This document shows positions 42,157 through 56,919 of a DNA stretch of 64,000 nucleotides, piece after piece; position 1 is the stretch's first letter, and every line of letters starts with the position of its first letter. Origin of the DNA: Eledone cirrhosa (Eukaryota); NCBI GenBank assembly GCA_964016885.1, contig OZ024742.1:242978001-243042000 (forward strand), read 5' to 3'. Under the pieces are notes generated by a model, which worked only from the letters and a program-made list of their open reading frames with translations, was not told the origin of the DNA and made no database searches. The translations under genes were made by a program, and so were the position numbers.

Positions 42157-43240
42157 GGAATCAGTATTTTCGCATGATCGAAGACCAGGTCTTTGAAATT
42201 TCCTGGATTATATCTCTTGCAATAATATCTATTTAAACTCTTACGGTTTTCATTTAACTGTAGTTAGGCATTGTTTCAACCACCAGCTGGTGTATGTTGA
42301 CAGCGTAAAATAGAAGCCAGGTCACATACGTAAGGACATACATACACGCGATCCAGCAGTCATCATAATAATTGTTTCTTACAGTAATACAAGGCCACAG
42401 ATTTATTGACTGGTCGTAAAATCGACTGAATCGTCCCCATTAAATTCCTAGTATTTTCATATATTCCATTTAGATGAAAAGTTCACTCAGGTAACAAAAC
42501 ATTCAACTCTACACTTTTCATTCTATCTTCCTTGGCAGCCGTCATGGACGCAATCATGACAAAGCAGTTAAGAAGGTAGCTTCATGATTATCAAGTTCCA
42601 GGTTCTATCCCATTGCATGGCACCTTGGGGGTCTTTTACTACAGCTCAGGTCAACCTAATTCCTATAAGGGAAATTGGGTAAACGTAAACTATTAAGAAA
42701 CCAGTCATATTCGGTGTATCTATTAATCAAAGATCCAACCTAGTCACATATTGTGTCACGCTGGTCCTGCTTGAGAATTACGTTGTCTCTCATTAATTTA
42801 ACGAGTAGGTAGTACAGTTGATCGAAGATTTGAATTTCCTATCCTGAACACCTTGACGGAGACTTCTTCTGCTATCAAACGTTGATGCAAGGCTACAGTT
42901 TTTATAGAAGAGATATAGATATCAGTCGTGGGATATTGCACAAATAAATAAGTGGTCTATCGTTTCTGGAACTTCATTGTCCTTGGCACACACCATAATA
43001 ATAATAATAATTTCTAACACAAGCATAAGGTGTTTAAAATGACCCCAATACTTTCTTCACTGTTATTTTATTTTATCGAACCTGGAGGAAGGAAAAGCAA
43101 AGTCGATGTCGAACACAGATCGTAAAAGAATGTAACTAAGTACTGTAATTTACCAACAACATAAACAACATTGTAAATGAGATTTAGTAGACGGAAATTA
43201 TGTGCAAGACTGTCGTATATATATATTATGATTATTTAAA

Positions 43241-43468
43241 GGGCGGTGGATTGGCAGTATCGGTAGAGCGTCAGACGCTATGCTTTGCAGCGTAGAGTTA
43301 CGGCCCTTTATGATCTGAGATCAAATCCCGCCGAGATTAACTTTGCCTTTCATCTTTACGGGGTCGATAAAATAAAGTACCAGTCACGCACTGGGGTCGA
43401 TCTAATCGACTTTCCCCTCCTCCATAATTGCTGGCCTTGTGCTTACTTAAGAAACCATTATTATTATT
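43241..43468 (+). mobile_element. tRNA-derived SINE, family 1 (full length)
   Basis: A and B boxes, core and (ATT)n tail. Confidence 0.85.
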
Positions 43469-43473
43469 TGATA

Positions 43474-44321
43474 CTAGCAGTGGTACCCGGCGTTTCACGG
43501 GATAAGGAATTTTGGAACGCGGGCCGCCAACAGACCTAATCGTGGAAAAACTGCATGGGTGGACAATATGTAAAGAAAATAAACCGAATACTCTGATGGT
43601 TGGATAAATTTTAAGATTTTCCTCGATAAAGCAGGAAAAATGCAGGTTTTCACCTAATGCGGGCCCTAGGGGATCAAGAATATGAATTTTTTTTTATGTG
43701 TATAATATGCCTTGAAATTTCGGGAAAATCGACTAGACGTAACGCCTCTAAAAAACTGAAAAAATGAAGTGTTTCACCTAATGCGGGCCCTAGGCCATAA
43801 AAGAGTTGGATTTTCTTTGCTCACAGTATGAAGAAGAGACTGACTAATACATAGTTACAATTTCAAGGAAATCGGTCTGACGTAACGACTAAAAAAACCC
43901 TAAACACCTGAAAAATCGCAGTTTTTCAACTAATGCGGGCCCTAGGGGATCAAAAAGTTGAATTTTGTTATGTGCATATGATAGATAAGTAATACACATG
44001 TAAAGTTTGAAAAAAGTCGGTTGGGTATTTCTCGAGTTTTAGATATTCAAACTCACAGGCACACACAGACAGACATCCTCAGGGAAGTGACGTAGTGCAG
44101 ACAGTCAGACATACAGACAGATATTATAAGGGCGCGACGTTATATGTATGTATCCATCTAAAAAGAGAAAGACTAAGAATTATAGAGAGAGATCGCTAAA
44201 TCGCCTAATGCGGTCCCTAGAGCATTGAAAATTTGAAAACAGTCGGTTGGGTGGTTCTCGAGTTTTAGGGATTCAAACTCACACACACAGAGACAGACAT
44301 CCTCAGTTTTATATATATAGA
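43474..44321 (-). mobile_element. Non-autonomous Helitron with canonical termini
   Basis: Minus strand A|TC...CCCGTGAAACGCCGGG-TACCACTG-CTAG|T with no TSD. Internal subrepeats and a duplicated 5' portion (44200-44321 vs 43930-44082). Confidence 0.9.
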
Positions 44322-44699
44322 TTTTACATTCAGCTTGCACTGCTGGGCACTCCCTTTCTCAGCTTAGAAGTCACAATGATTACAATGTCTCCCGGTAGTA
44401 CCGTTCTCTTCATTGACGCTGAACGGAATTGATATTACCAGGTATGTCCGGGTTATTTTGACACACACACACTATCGCATATTTTTCTTCTATCATCCTT
44501 GTAGTGACCACAACAAGAAGGATGCAGCTATAAATTATTCCAGCCATACATACAGTAACTATTTTGTTTTACTATTCGCTGTGGATTTGTTTTTTGCATT
44601 CAGCTTTGGTCTTTCTCCTAGATGCATCATAATATTGTTATGCTTCCTTCTCAATTACACGAATCACTGCTTTTCTGTTCTTCCTAAGTCCAAATCCAA

Positions 44700-45020
44700 C
44701 CATATGGGACTTAGTAGATCTAGCTACAAATCTGCGATATCATACATCTACCAGAAGAACCGTACACTGACATTTTTGCACCTCAAACGAATCCCAAAGT
44801 CCTTTAAATATTAGGTTCTTTCCTTTCATGTGTCCATTCGGTACTGCCTTGCCAAGTAACCGTCAACTCAACAATCAGGATGTTTATAGTCAGGACACAT
44901 GATGCCATACGATCAGGGCATTTCTTCATTATTGCATTATGGCTTGGGAGCACAAACGTTTCCTTCAAATTCTCGTGCTTCTTCCAGTCCTTAGCATCAC
45001 ACTGAAGTCTTGGTATCGAC
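44700..45020 (-). mobile_element. Highly degraded HERO/NeSL-like LINE endonuclease region
   Basis: Minus-strand translation ...CPD...ILIVELTVTWQGSTEWTHERK resembles the RPD...IELTVPWE...AHERK RLE motif. Confidence 0.55.
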
Positions 45021-46026
45021 TGCCAATTCTTTACACTCCTGAATTATAATTGTTCACTGTCCTATTAGAATATAATTGGGTGCAGTTGGGTGTTGAATAC
45101 CGCAAGGTATTTTATAGTACGCTATAATAGCTTTTAATTTAAACACAAGGTCACCATCTCGGAGAAAAGGATAAGTTGGTTATATTGACCTCCAGTACTG
45201 TTTCTATATTTTATTGCTGCAAAAATTATGAAAAGGAATGTTGACCACGTTGAGGTTTGAAATTAGAATGCAAAAAGCCAGAACAAATACCGCTATGATA
45301 ATGAAAAGTGTGGTTCTTTGGTGCTTTTCAGACGGGTCTGCTTCCTAATTACTTTTTTCCACCAATCTTTTCTTTCTTGTTAAAATTTGTGATCCCTCCT
45401 ATAAAATGTATAATCGTTATGCTCGTTTTACCATTGCTGATTATTTGTTAGTTTAGAAAATCAAATGCACGCATCACTACTTAAGCTATTTCATGGTCCA
45501 TAAGTTAATTTCAGGGTAGAGCTTTTTAACAATTTCGTTGTTGTTACTGTTTGTCTCTTTCTTATATTTGCATTAATCTATAAGCCGATAATTGCTTATA
45601 TCTTTTTTTTATATCAGCTGTAGCAGCAACAACAGCACCAGCTATAATAATAATAATAACAATAATAATAATAATAATAATAGTAGTAGTAACAATAATA
45701 ATAACAACAACAACAACAACAACAATAATTATGATAGTTAAAAACAACAATAACAAAAGAAAAAAAATGGTGGTCACTATTATTCAGAGCTGATGCTGCT
45801 ATCAAACGATGGCTTTATGACTTAATGGATGTGGTAGACTGTTCAAAGGAAAGACCGCCTCGGATATCTATTATGTTTTTATAAACGTGTACATATATTC
45901 ACCACTGCAAACAAAGACTCATTCAGTGTACACTGTATGCTAAAATGTCTACATTCATAGTATGATTATACATATCTATGTTTGTGGATATATGTGTGTG
46001 TGTATGTATATATTTATATATATATA

Positions 46027-46105
<79 letters not shown>

Positions 46106-46221
46106 TATATATAGTTTCGTTGACAAATATATCAATGTGCCCAGACACGCAGATATATTGCCCTTGGTATGACAGTGTGGTTTTAGCTCAATGTAGGATA
46201 ACTGGTATACTACAGAGCCGT

Positions 46222-46332
46222 TATAGGTTTAGGAATAACCAAAGAGTGCTTAGAAATACATTCTTTTATTAGCTAACTGTTAGCTAATAAAACAATGTAT
46301 TTCTAAGCACTCTTTGGTTATTCCTAAACCTA

Positions 46333-46333
<1 letters not shown>
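46222..46333. repeat. Near-perfect ~55 bp-arm palindrome next to (TA)n
   Basis: ataggtttaggaataaccaaagagtgcttagaaatacatt...ttattagctaac-t-gttagctaataa...aatgtatttctaagcactctttggttattcctaaacctat. Confidence 0.85.
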
Positions 46334-46367
<34 letters not shown>

Positions 46368-46431
46368 TACCCTAAGTATTGAGTACTTTGGTGCGTTATG
46401 GTCCATCTGGTTCCTTACCGCATTTCCTTCG

Positions 46432-46551
<120 letters not shown>

Positions 46552-46735
46552 GCTGCAACTCGATTTCGAGTAATGCCACCGCTTGGTACTTAAGCATGAG
46601 CATCACGGACGTGGCTTCCTAGTCCTGCCAGGGACCCGCCTATGGTCAGCAATGCCATGCATCGCAAAGAAATGTCACATATCAAGCGATGCCTGTGCTT
46701 GAAGCTTTTTTAAGTGCGGAATAGAGATGGATGTT

Positions 46736-46835
<100 letters not shown>

Positions 46836-46925
46836 GTATATATATATAAGTTTATCCCGGGTTCAATCGGGGGTAACCACAGTAAGTAAGGTACTCAATA
46901 CATAACAGAGTATAAATATTTAATA

Positions 46926-47010
46926 TAGAACTGTTTCATTCGTGAGAAGTCATCAGGAAGCTTCCTGATGATTTCTCCAGAATGAAACAGTTCTAGTCAT
47001 GTAGAAGCCA
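46926..47010. repeat. Head-to-head pair of hammerhead-like cores (family H; related remnants at 22415-22500 and 55200-55275)
   Basis: Palindrome centred on aagctt. Each arm reads CUGAUGA-short stem-GAAAC-AGUUCUA. Stem I is not cleanly formed. Confidence 0.55.
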
Positions 47011-47366
47011 TTGCTAAATATATATATATATATATATATATATACGTTAGACTTCAGTCAATTCATCGACGAATATTAGTTGTCCGATTAACGAAACAAT
47101 TTTCTCATGAAATTAACATGTAATTTACTGAGCATTCCACAGACACATTTCTGTTTAGCGTATTTCTCAGGGAGATTCAGCGTGACACAATGTGCGACAT
47201 AGTTGGTTGTTTCATTTGCAAGTGAAACTCATTTTTTACAGCTCAGGGAACAGGGGTCCGTGAAATAAAGTGTCTGCCTCAAGAACACAGCGCACCGTTG
47301 ATAATCGAACTCATGACTTTACGATCCTACGCCATGTGCCTTAACACACACACATGCACGCAAACA

Positions 47367-47456
<90 letters not shown>

Positions 47457-47659
47457 GTAATAATAATATATATATATAGTAATAATAATAAATGTGAAGA
47501 CTAAAATCCAAAGAGGACTCGATAAGGATAAATATATATCAAATATATAGGAACCCTAGAGCAAATATTTATTAAAATAACAGATTAAAGATTAAACAAA
47601 GAATCGCTGCTTTCTTAAACTTTAATCTGTTATTTTAATAAAAAATATATATATATATG

Positions 47660-48207
47660 TAAGTATGCATGTATGTATACGTACATACATATATGTATAC
47701 AGACGTACAGTAGTATGTATATATATATACATACATGCACACATATATATATATGCACGTATCGGTTTACCGAACATTTATTATAATGTTCGGTTTGTTT
47801 GTAAACAAACAAACAGCCCGAATTACGCTGTAATATGCATAAGGAAAGTATATACTTTCAGACGTTCAACCATCTGGCAGGAAGGTATACGATGCTGACG
47901 ATAGCTAATAAGCTTGAAACTAGTACATCGTTCCTGTGTCAGTGTTGAAGAAAAAGGTGACGTGGTTGCCTAAACACTGTACGGCGTAATTCGGGCTGTT
48001 TGTTTGTTTACAAACAAACAAACCGAACATTATAATAAATGTTCGGTAAACCGATACGTGCATATATATATATGTGTACATGTATGTATATATATATAAG
48101 TACTACTATACGTCTGTATACATATATGTATGTACGTACATGCATATTTACATTTAAGTAACTGCCGTACTAAGAGTGAGAAATGAAATTTCGTTTCATT
48201 CTATTCC

Positions 48208-48210
<3 letters not shown>
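47660..48210 (+). mobile_element. Retrozyme-like element (family C) with inverted 5' piece and intact hammerhead
   Basis: 47660-47828 is inverted relative to ~47985-48150. Homologous to 8815-9300. Bounded by (TA)n. Confidence 0.85.
47889..47931 (+). ncRNA. Minimal type I hammerhead (family C)
   Basis: ACGAUG-CUGACGA-U-AGCU(AAUA)AGCU-U-GAAAC-UA-GUA-CAUCGU, with palindromic ACUAGU stem III. Confidence 0.9.
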
Positions 48211-48252
<42 letters not shown>

Positions 48253-48646
48253 TATATCAACAGTCGATCCACAAGATCCCAGACCTCATTCGCTTAACGA
48301 GTGGGGTGGAGCTCGTCAAATTGGACCGAGGAAACAATGTTTCCATTAGTCTTTCCAATTGCTAATACTATATGTCGGTTGCAACTCCAAGCAGAAGGAG
48401 CAACATGAAATAAAGAGTCTTGCTCAAGGACATAACGCATTGCCCGGTCCGGGAATCAACACAGATTCTTTGTTCCTTTATTCTAATATTATATATATAT
48501 GTATGTGTGTGTGTGTGTGTGTGTGTGTGCGTAGGAAAATATCTCGGATGTAGCTGTCGAAACGGCCGGAGCTCAGCCGTACTACCCTAAGTATCGAGTA
48601 CTCTGGTGCATTATGGTCCACCTGGTTTCTTACCACACTTTCTTTG

Positions 48647-48701
<55 letters not shown>

Positions 48702-48822
48702 GGAGGTGAGTTTTATTGTAGTACAATAATGCAATGCAAATATCGGATAAGTAGCACTCTACAGTTTGTAGGACTGGAGTATAAATAATATAAGATCAAA
48801 AGATGGTTAAAAGAGTTCCAAG

Positions 48823-48893
48823 TATGTTATTATGCGTATTTCAAAAACAAATATCATCATGAGATGATATCTGCGTTTTCATCAGATAAAATA
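48823..48893 (-). ncRNA. Minimal type I hammerhead (family B, antisense arm)
   Basis: Reverse complement of 49082-49152 with about 3 substitutions. Confidence 0.8.
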
Positions 48894-49081
48894 GGGATAC
48901 ATGATATGAAGGTTAAAAAATACTTGTGAATAGTGAAGTTTTAAATCAACATATGAAAAATAATTTAAACGCCCCCCTCACTTTTTCCCAATATCACACA
49001 TCAATCTTAAATTATTTTTCATATGTTGATTTAAAACTTCACTATTCACAAGTGATTTTTAACCTTCATATCATGTATCCC

Positions 49082-49152
49082 TATTTTATCTGATGAAAAC
49101 GCAGATATCATCTCATGATGATATTTGTCTTTGAAATGCGCATAATAAAATA
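49082..49152 (+). ncRNA. Minimal type I hammerhead (family B)
   Basis: UAUUUUAU-CUGAUGA-long stem II (GCAGAUAUCAUC/GAUGAUAUUUGU)-GAAAU-GCGC-AUA-AUAAAAUA. Confidence 0.9.
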
Positions 49153-49275
49153 CTTGAACTCTTTTAACCATCTTTTGATCTTATATTATTTATACTCCAG
49201 TCCTACAAACTGTAGAGTGCTACTTATCCGATATTTGCATTGCTTTATTGTACTACAATAAAACTCACCTCCTAC

Positions 49276-49379
<104 letters not shown>

Positions 49380-50230
49380 ATATATATATATGTATATATA
49401 TATATAATTTCGTCTTACATATATGTTCTTTATGAAGGATGGTTGATGGTGGTGGAAGTGGGGTTTAACAAGGCAGGATTCAATTGATTCACTGGAAAAT
49501 TCTCTTGGTTAAAATAGAAAATTCCTTTTCTATTCATAATAATGATCCAATGGCATTCTTGTTGTTCTGTAATGTATGTGTGTGTGTGTGTGTGTGTATG
49601 TGTGTGTGTGTATGTATGTGTTTGTGTATGTGTATGTTTGTGTTCGTGCGTGTATGTATGTGTTTGTGTGCATTGAGGTGGGTGTCTACTGTGTCAATAG
49701 TTCAAGTTATTTTCGGGGTTTGTGAAAATAGCTAAAACTACCTAAGAGTAGATACAGTGGTGTTGCATGGCCCTGTGGTAAGGGTGTTGGACTTACAATC
49801 AGAAAGCCATGGGTTCAATTCCTGATTTGGGTTAGGTGTTGTGTTTTTAAACAAAACACTTTATTTCATGCTTTTCCTGTATACTCAGCTGAAAATGAAT
49901 ATCAGCAATAACTGTGGGTTTAACCCTGAAATGTCTTGTACTGTTAGTCGCTTAAGCCACAGAAACCGGGATAAGCACCGTTCTGATGCCGTCATAATGA
50001 GCCTCCGAGCTCGAGACAGACTTTTTAGAGATACAAGAGTTTTTCTTTTGTCTTGTGGTGTGTGTGTACGTTGGGGTCCCTTGTGAAAAGAGATCATAAT
50101 TATTTTTAGGGTTTGCAGTATAATAGAAAGAAGGGAAGTAAAAATAACATTACAAATATAGGTTTAAATATGATTGAAATTGGTCATTTGGGAGTGGAGG
50201 TTCAAAGAAGTTTTTGAAGAATTTGTAAAA

Positions 50231-50423
50231 ATAATTGTTTCTACTTTTGGCACAAGGTCAGCAATTATCCCAGTGTATTACTGGTACTTTATTTTATCGA
50301 CCCCGTAAGGATGAAAAGCAAAGTTAACCTAGGCGGGATTTGAACTCAGGCCGTAAAGGAGCGTAACTCTATGCTGCAAAGCATGACATCCGACCCTCTA
50401 CCGATACTGCCAATCCACCGCCC
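50231..50423 (-). mobile_element. tRNA-derived SINE, family 1
   Basis: Full family 1 sequence, antisense. Confidence 0.85.
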
Positions 50424-50992
50424 TTGCCAATAATGAAAGAAAGAAGGGCAGGAAAAAGTTCTTTAGTAGAGGTTTTCTTTCATCTTGTGATGTGTATGTG
50501 TGTCGTTGCAAATGTATAGGTTTGTGTGTAAATTGATTACTCTTATCTATAGATCACTATTTATTATCTAATGGGGGACAATTATATTTTTAATGAATTG
50601 TTTTTTATTTATTTTCTGTTGTTTAGTGAAATAATCTGAGCATTTATAGAGTGGAAAATTTTTGAAGTTAGGTATGTCTAATACAGAACATGTTGCCGAG
50701 AACGAACGGTGGGGAACAAGGTAAATGAAGCCGAAGTACGCGGAGAACGAATGGTCGACCACATATGCATTCTAACTTCTTCTAGGTAGCAAAAGAGGAA
50801 CGAAAAAGAAAATTCTTCTTTTGAGATTGTACTATTAACTTAAAATTTACAGCAACATAAAGCGGCAGTTGTACCACACAACCACCTTATGGTCTTATAT
50901 ACTTTAAACTTACGTACGGATTTACTTAAATATATTATATCTTTGGATACCGGGTTCGGTTATTCTATCAATTATCAAAGACTAATTTTACT

Positions 50993-51032
<40 letters not shown>

Positions 51033-51223
51033 TTCATTCATATATTATTTCCATATTTTCCTCTATAAATAACTATTTGCATATATGAAGAAGATCAGGA
51101 AGCATAAGAAAATGAAAATATATACGTAATTCTAATGCCGGTAAATATAGTATATCTCAAAAATCTTCTAACTAATCTAAATAAGTGTAGCTTCTAACAA
51201 CGGAAATATTGAAGGGTTTATCA

Positions 51224-51507
51224 CAGTCATGGGCAACTTGCGGCCCGCGAAGCTTTCTGAATGACTCGCCTAAGTCACCTAAGTGAAATCTTTCTGATTT
51301 TTTTACCCAAATTTTTCAGTCGAATTTATCTTTCTAATCAGTTACGATCGAGGAAAACAACGTGTACGAATTCTAAAGAAAGAAACAAAAACAACCTGTG
51401 TTACCACCCTTTTTTTTTTAATGTGGGCACGAATGTAAATTACCGCTTGCCTGATGATGAGCCATATCCCATGCGGCAAGCTTCTCGTAAAAGGTTGCCC
51501 ATGCCTG
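51224..51507. mobile_element. hAT (Charlie-like) MITE
   Basis: TIRs cagtcatgggcaactt / aggttgcccatgcctg. 8 bp TSD gtttatca/atttatca. Subterminal tgcggcccgc motif. Confidence 0.85.
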
Positions 51508-52069
51508 ATTTATCACATTCTCTATTTCCTATCCGCACGACATTGCATAACGGGACTTAATAGATCCTCCAGTTCAAATCTTGCTCAGGTCTCCCTATCA
51601 TTCTTCGGGGGTCGACAAAATAAACTACCAATTAAGTATTGGATCGATTTAATCCGCTTCCCTTAGATACATGAGATACTGTGGATTCCATCGATCTCAT
51701 GTCTTAAATCAGAATCTATATCTGAGACCACACGTTCTCCCAACTTTGGTATGCGACACAGTTCGTGTATAGCCAAATATTCTATACATTATCAGTATAA
51801 ATGCTGTCTAACACATTCATATACTGTACCACTCTTCTCCTCTTCACAACTTTCCACCGATAGATTTCATTCACATTCCATCTACACACTTCGGTCAACT
51901 CTGCACTATCTATAGAAATTGAGACAGCGAAAACATTCTCCAATAAGAACAATTTTGTTTCTTTCAACAGCAGACAGGCATGGTTACTGCTGCGTATACT
52001 CTTCCTCCTGGTATAACACAAAAACACACACACACACATTCACTGTATGTGTGTGTGCACTTATATATA

Positions 52070-52110
<41 letters not shown>

Positions 52111-52923
52111 CAAAGAACAAAGAGAGTGTGGTAAGATACCAGGTGGACCATAACGCACCAGAGTACTCAATACTTAGGGTAGTAGAGTGGGTAACAGGAA
52201 AAGAGTCAGAACCCCCACAGGACACCACACTGGTGGCTTAGTTCGAATCTAGCTGTCGAAACGGCCGGTGCTCAGCTGTCGGGGTCCTGACTCTTTTCCT
52301 ATATATATATATATATATATAATAGTTAAAACAAAAACAAAGCAAAGAGTGCAGTACAAAGTGTTAGCATTAGGTTCATGCTTGAGAGTGGGTGTGCATT
52401 TGTCTATCCATGTGAGATGAGATAGAATATTCTCTAAAAATTATTTTTCTGACTAAATGCATCAGGAAAATAACGAAACGAATTATCAGAGAGAAGCTGA
52501 TTATATTCCTAGAAGCTGATTTCTACTACCAGAAGCTGCTGCATACTAAAGTAGGTACTCAGCTACTCAAATGAAAATTTAGTATCCAAGGACTTTCGAT
52601 AAAGTCGATTATAATTTTAATAGTTTTTTAAATAATTTACTGAAATTTCCATGACCCTCCCCGGGGTTTCTAAAACGTGCAGAAGGGAAAAATTGTCCGC
52701 AATCCCGCAAAGCTAAACGTAACACTTCGAACAGAGTGTACTTGGGTAAAAGAACTCAGCGACTAAGTAGTGACATTAAACTGGATAATGAATTAAATTT
52801 GTCTCTCAAGAATAAGGGACGCTCCCTTTGATATGATTCCATGCAGATTCCATGTAGTAAATTTCACTCACGAGGCTTTGGTCAACCGGCAGTTGTGGTA
52901 AAATACATATCTCCCCCCACTAA

Positions 52924-53130
52924 AATAATGGTTTCTGATTTAGACACAAGGTCAGGGGGGGGGGATTAAATCAACCTCAGTACGTTACTGGTACTTTATT
53001 TTATCGACCCCGTGAGGATGAAAGGCAAAGCTAACCTCGGCTTCATTTGAACTCAGAACGTAACGGGCCATAACACTATGATGCAAAGCAGGGTGTCTGA
53101 CCCCCTACTGATACTGCCAATCCACCGCCT
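52924..53130 (-). mobile_element. tRNA-derived SINE, family 1
   Basis: Family 1 core, antisense. Confidence 0.8.
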
Positions 53131-53837
53131 TCCATAAAATAATGAGATAATGAAATAATACACGAAAGAATGAAAACATTCATAGTTTGTTAAAATCTAT
53201 ACATGCTTTTATTTATTTATTTTTTATTTATTTTTCATTTTCATTTATTTATTGTTTATTATCTCATTATATTATGATTTTATCATTTATTTTCGTTCTA
53301 TATTTAATTTTCATCTCTTGATAATTATATATTTATAAATCTGATATACTTAGTTGTAATCTATAAACATATCTTCCTTTACATATGCTGATTTCACAGA
53401 TAACAGGCCTATACAAATATGCTAGTTGTATATTGTACAACATTGAAACGATCGTATGGAGCAGCACCATTAAAACACGATATTTCTAGTCGACTGGTGT
53501 GTATATGTCTCTCATCATGAATACATCATGCATTGAGGTTTGTGTGAGTACTGTGTATCAAAACTACCATATTATGATTAACAGTTATAAGTTTATATAT
53601 TTTCCAGATAGACTAATATGGAAGACTTGAAAATGGGAATGTAACAAACCGAAGACTTTTAACGATTCTATGATAGTATATTGGAAAAGAAAGTGGTTAA
53701 CTCATGAAGGGAGATAATCTACTCAATGTCAGTATGAAAAATACTAAGAGACATATGAAGATTCTAATCTTAAACATGTTTAACATATCTATAATAATTG
53801 AAACATCATACACGCACACGTTTGTGTATTTCTAATG

Positions 53838-53927
<90 letters not shown>

Positions 53928-55631
53928 GTATGTGTATGTATGTCTGTGTGTATGCGTGTGTGTTATTTTATATTTATGTATGAGACCACTTATACGTGTA
54001 GTATATCTAAAGGGAACTTTCAAAAGACAAAGGACGTCTGTGAGTAGGGGATAGATAGATAGATAGAGAGAGGAAGAAAACGAGAGGAGGAAAAAGTAGA
54101 GAAAAGGAGAGCGAAATGGAGAGGGAGGTGAGAAAGTAGAGAAAAGGAGAGAGAGAGAGAGACAGAAAAGAAAGAAAGAATAAGCAGTGAAGGAAGGAAA
54201 CCAGATAGAAAAGAGAAAAATCAAACGGAAAAAAAAGAAATAAAGAGAAGAAATTAAAAAAAGAGGTCTCTCCGTATTTGGTATAAGTAAGATTTATTGG
54301 CTTAAGAGAATGACAGAAACAGTACGTTGCTACTTGAGTCGCCGAGAAAATGAAATACGTCCTTGATAAAGATGAATCAGACGAAATAAAATTAAAATCA
54401 AGAATTCTAGTCTGAGAGATAAAGTTCTCAGCAGAGAATTACAGCTGAAAGAAGCTTGAATGTGAAATACTCTTAAATACTGGTATTGTTGTTACAGTCT
54501 TTAAAGCTGTATTTCTAGATTACGGTATATATATTGGTAGGATTATAGCTTACTTCTGGTTGTGAGTTAAGAATTTCGCTTCAAACCTATGTAGTGTAGG
54601 TTCTATTCTACTGTAGTCTGGGAAAGTGTCTTCTTCCTACCACAGCCTTAGACCGACCAAAACATTATGAGTGCAATTTGGAAGGCGGAAACCACTTAAA
54701 AGCGTACGGAGGGTGGCAATATATCATTTGATTTTACGGCACCACTTGAAGTTTCTCTTGTCTGAGGATTTCATTTTTTGTTCCCATCATAGGAAAATAT
54801 TGAAATTTGAAATGTGTCAACCGCCTTCTTTACATTTGTAGACGGCAATAGTAGCCAGCGGCTCTTGGTTATTAATAATCTCGCCCGGCATCCGAGTGAT
54901 GTGAGGTTCGATTCCCTTATGACACCTCTGTTCCCTTTTTGTGTCTATCCAATTTTCTCAACTATTATTTATAATTATCAAGTATTATTATGGCCATTTG
55001 CTTTGAGACGCATACATTTCACATTTTCCTAATGCTTCTTAAGCCAGCCGTTTTCTTTACACTTCTAACTATAATCTTAAGATTTAAAAAAATATGGAAT
55101 TGGCGGTCAGCGAAACTTCAGCATGGAGAGAGACCACATTTAAATAAGGTGCTACATTAAGTAGAAATAAGTTACGTAATTTATTTCGGATGAATGTGCC
55201 TTCTACAGGACTAGTACTGTTGAAATCATCCTGATGATTTCAACCGGATGAATCAATGCTAGTACTGTAGAGGTCATACCCAACCAAAATACACTATATA
55301 CACTATCTGCTTAATATTGGGGCAAGATCAAAGTGGATTAAATCAACCCCAATACTTAACTGGTATTTTATTTTATCGGCTTCGGAAGGATAAAAGTCAA
55401 AGCTGATCTCGGGAAGATTTGAACTCAGAATGTAAAAAGACAACATGTAAATTGTCACTATATTCGATGCTCTGATAGTTCTGCCAAAACCACAACCCTT
55501 TTTTGTTATTATCATATAAACATATTTTAAACAAAAGCAATTTTTATATTGCAATTCAAATTTGTTAGATTGAGCTTCTGAAATGTCAACCGCAAATTCT
55601 GTGAAAGTTGAATGAGACAACTCATAATGTC

Positions 55632-55752
55632 AATAATTGTTTCTACTTTTGGCACAAGGCCATCAATTACCCAGTACATTACTAGTACTTTATTTTATCG
55701 ACCCCGTAAGGATGAAAGGCAAAGTTAACCTCGGCGGGATTTGAACTCAGAC
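55632..55752 (-). mobile_element. 5'-truncated family 1 SINE (older diverged copy at ~55311-55500)
   Basis: Matches 17387-17512. Confidence 0.8.
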
Positions 55753-55893
55753 CGCTGTTTTATTAATCAACTTGCAAGGAAGACATTCGTAATAAAATAT
55801 TCATATTGCTCGATTAATTTCAAATATTATAACTCATACAGCAAAAAGGCCTCTGCATATACGCACACTCACAAACATACACATATTCACGCC

Positions 55894-55984
<91 letters not shown>

Positions 55985-56919
55985 CAGAAACGAAAGTTTT
56001 GTTAGTTTCACGCTTTTTGGAAAAGGGAAGTAAATGTCCCAACGTATCGGATATTAGTCCTTTATCAGGAAAGAGAAAAATTAGGAGAAAGAGGAGGTTG
56101 GATAAAAGGTCGTAGAATGAAGGAGGTGGGTAAGTAGCCGGGTGTGTTGGGATGGGGGCCGAATCAGAGAGTCTAGGTCTAACATTGGTACTGTTCAATC
56201 TGCGGATCACCTTGCATCGTCCATCCGACGGGCTTCCAAACACTTTCCATCTTTTCAATGTATAGTTCGATTCTTGGCTATTTTAAATAACATTTGCCGA
56301 ATATGTTACGCAGTGGTATCGAACACGGGACCTAATCAATGATTATGAAGCGATTTCTTTAATCATTTGGCTATGTTACGTTCATATATAACATGATATG
56401 AAATAATTATCAACTATTATTTTATACGCCATCTGTTGTAAACAGAATCTCTTCATCCCATTAACTGACTATCTTAACCTAAACTCCTTTCCTACACCTA
56501 CTCCAGCAGAGTGTCGGAGCCTTGCCAAATACTATTAGCATTCCAGTTCTCTGATACAAATTACACTTCAATTCTTAGAATATCCACGAGCCCTCTAATA
56601 GACCCGTAAACCTTATCAAACTCAAACTAGCTCACTCTATTTATGTTTTTCTCTTCTTCTTCTTCTTCTTCTTCTTCTTCCCGGTTTACTTTCATCAAAA
56701 TAACGTCAGATATTTCAAATACAGTCCCCGCTCACTAATGTTGAGCAGTAATAGAAAAGAATTATTAACCTGGCAGCTACGCTAACACCAACAACCATCT
56801 TATACCACCACTTCCACCGACAACATCTTTCAATACAGGCAACAAAAGTGCTTCTACGTAGTCGCTCAACCTGCTAAAATAGCAGTTAAATTAATTCCCA
56901 AACCATACCCTTTTGTCTT

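Noticed and set aside
51950-52015. Possible small exon after a polypyrimidine tract and CAG
   Set aside because: Weak donor site, no recognisable peptide, and no supporting neighbouring exons.
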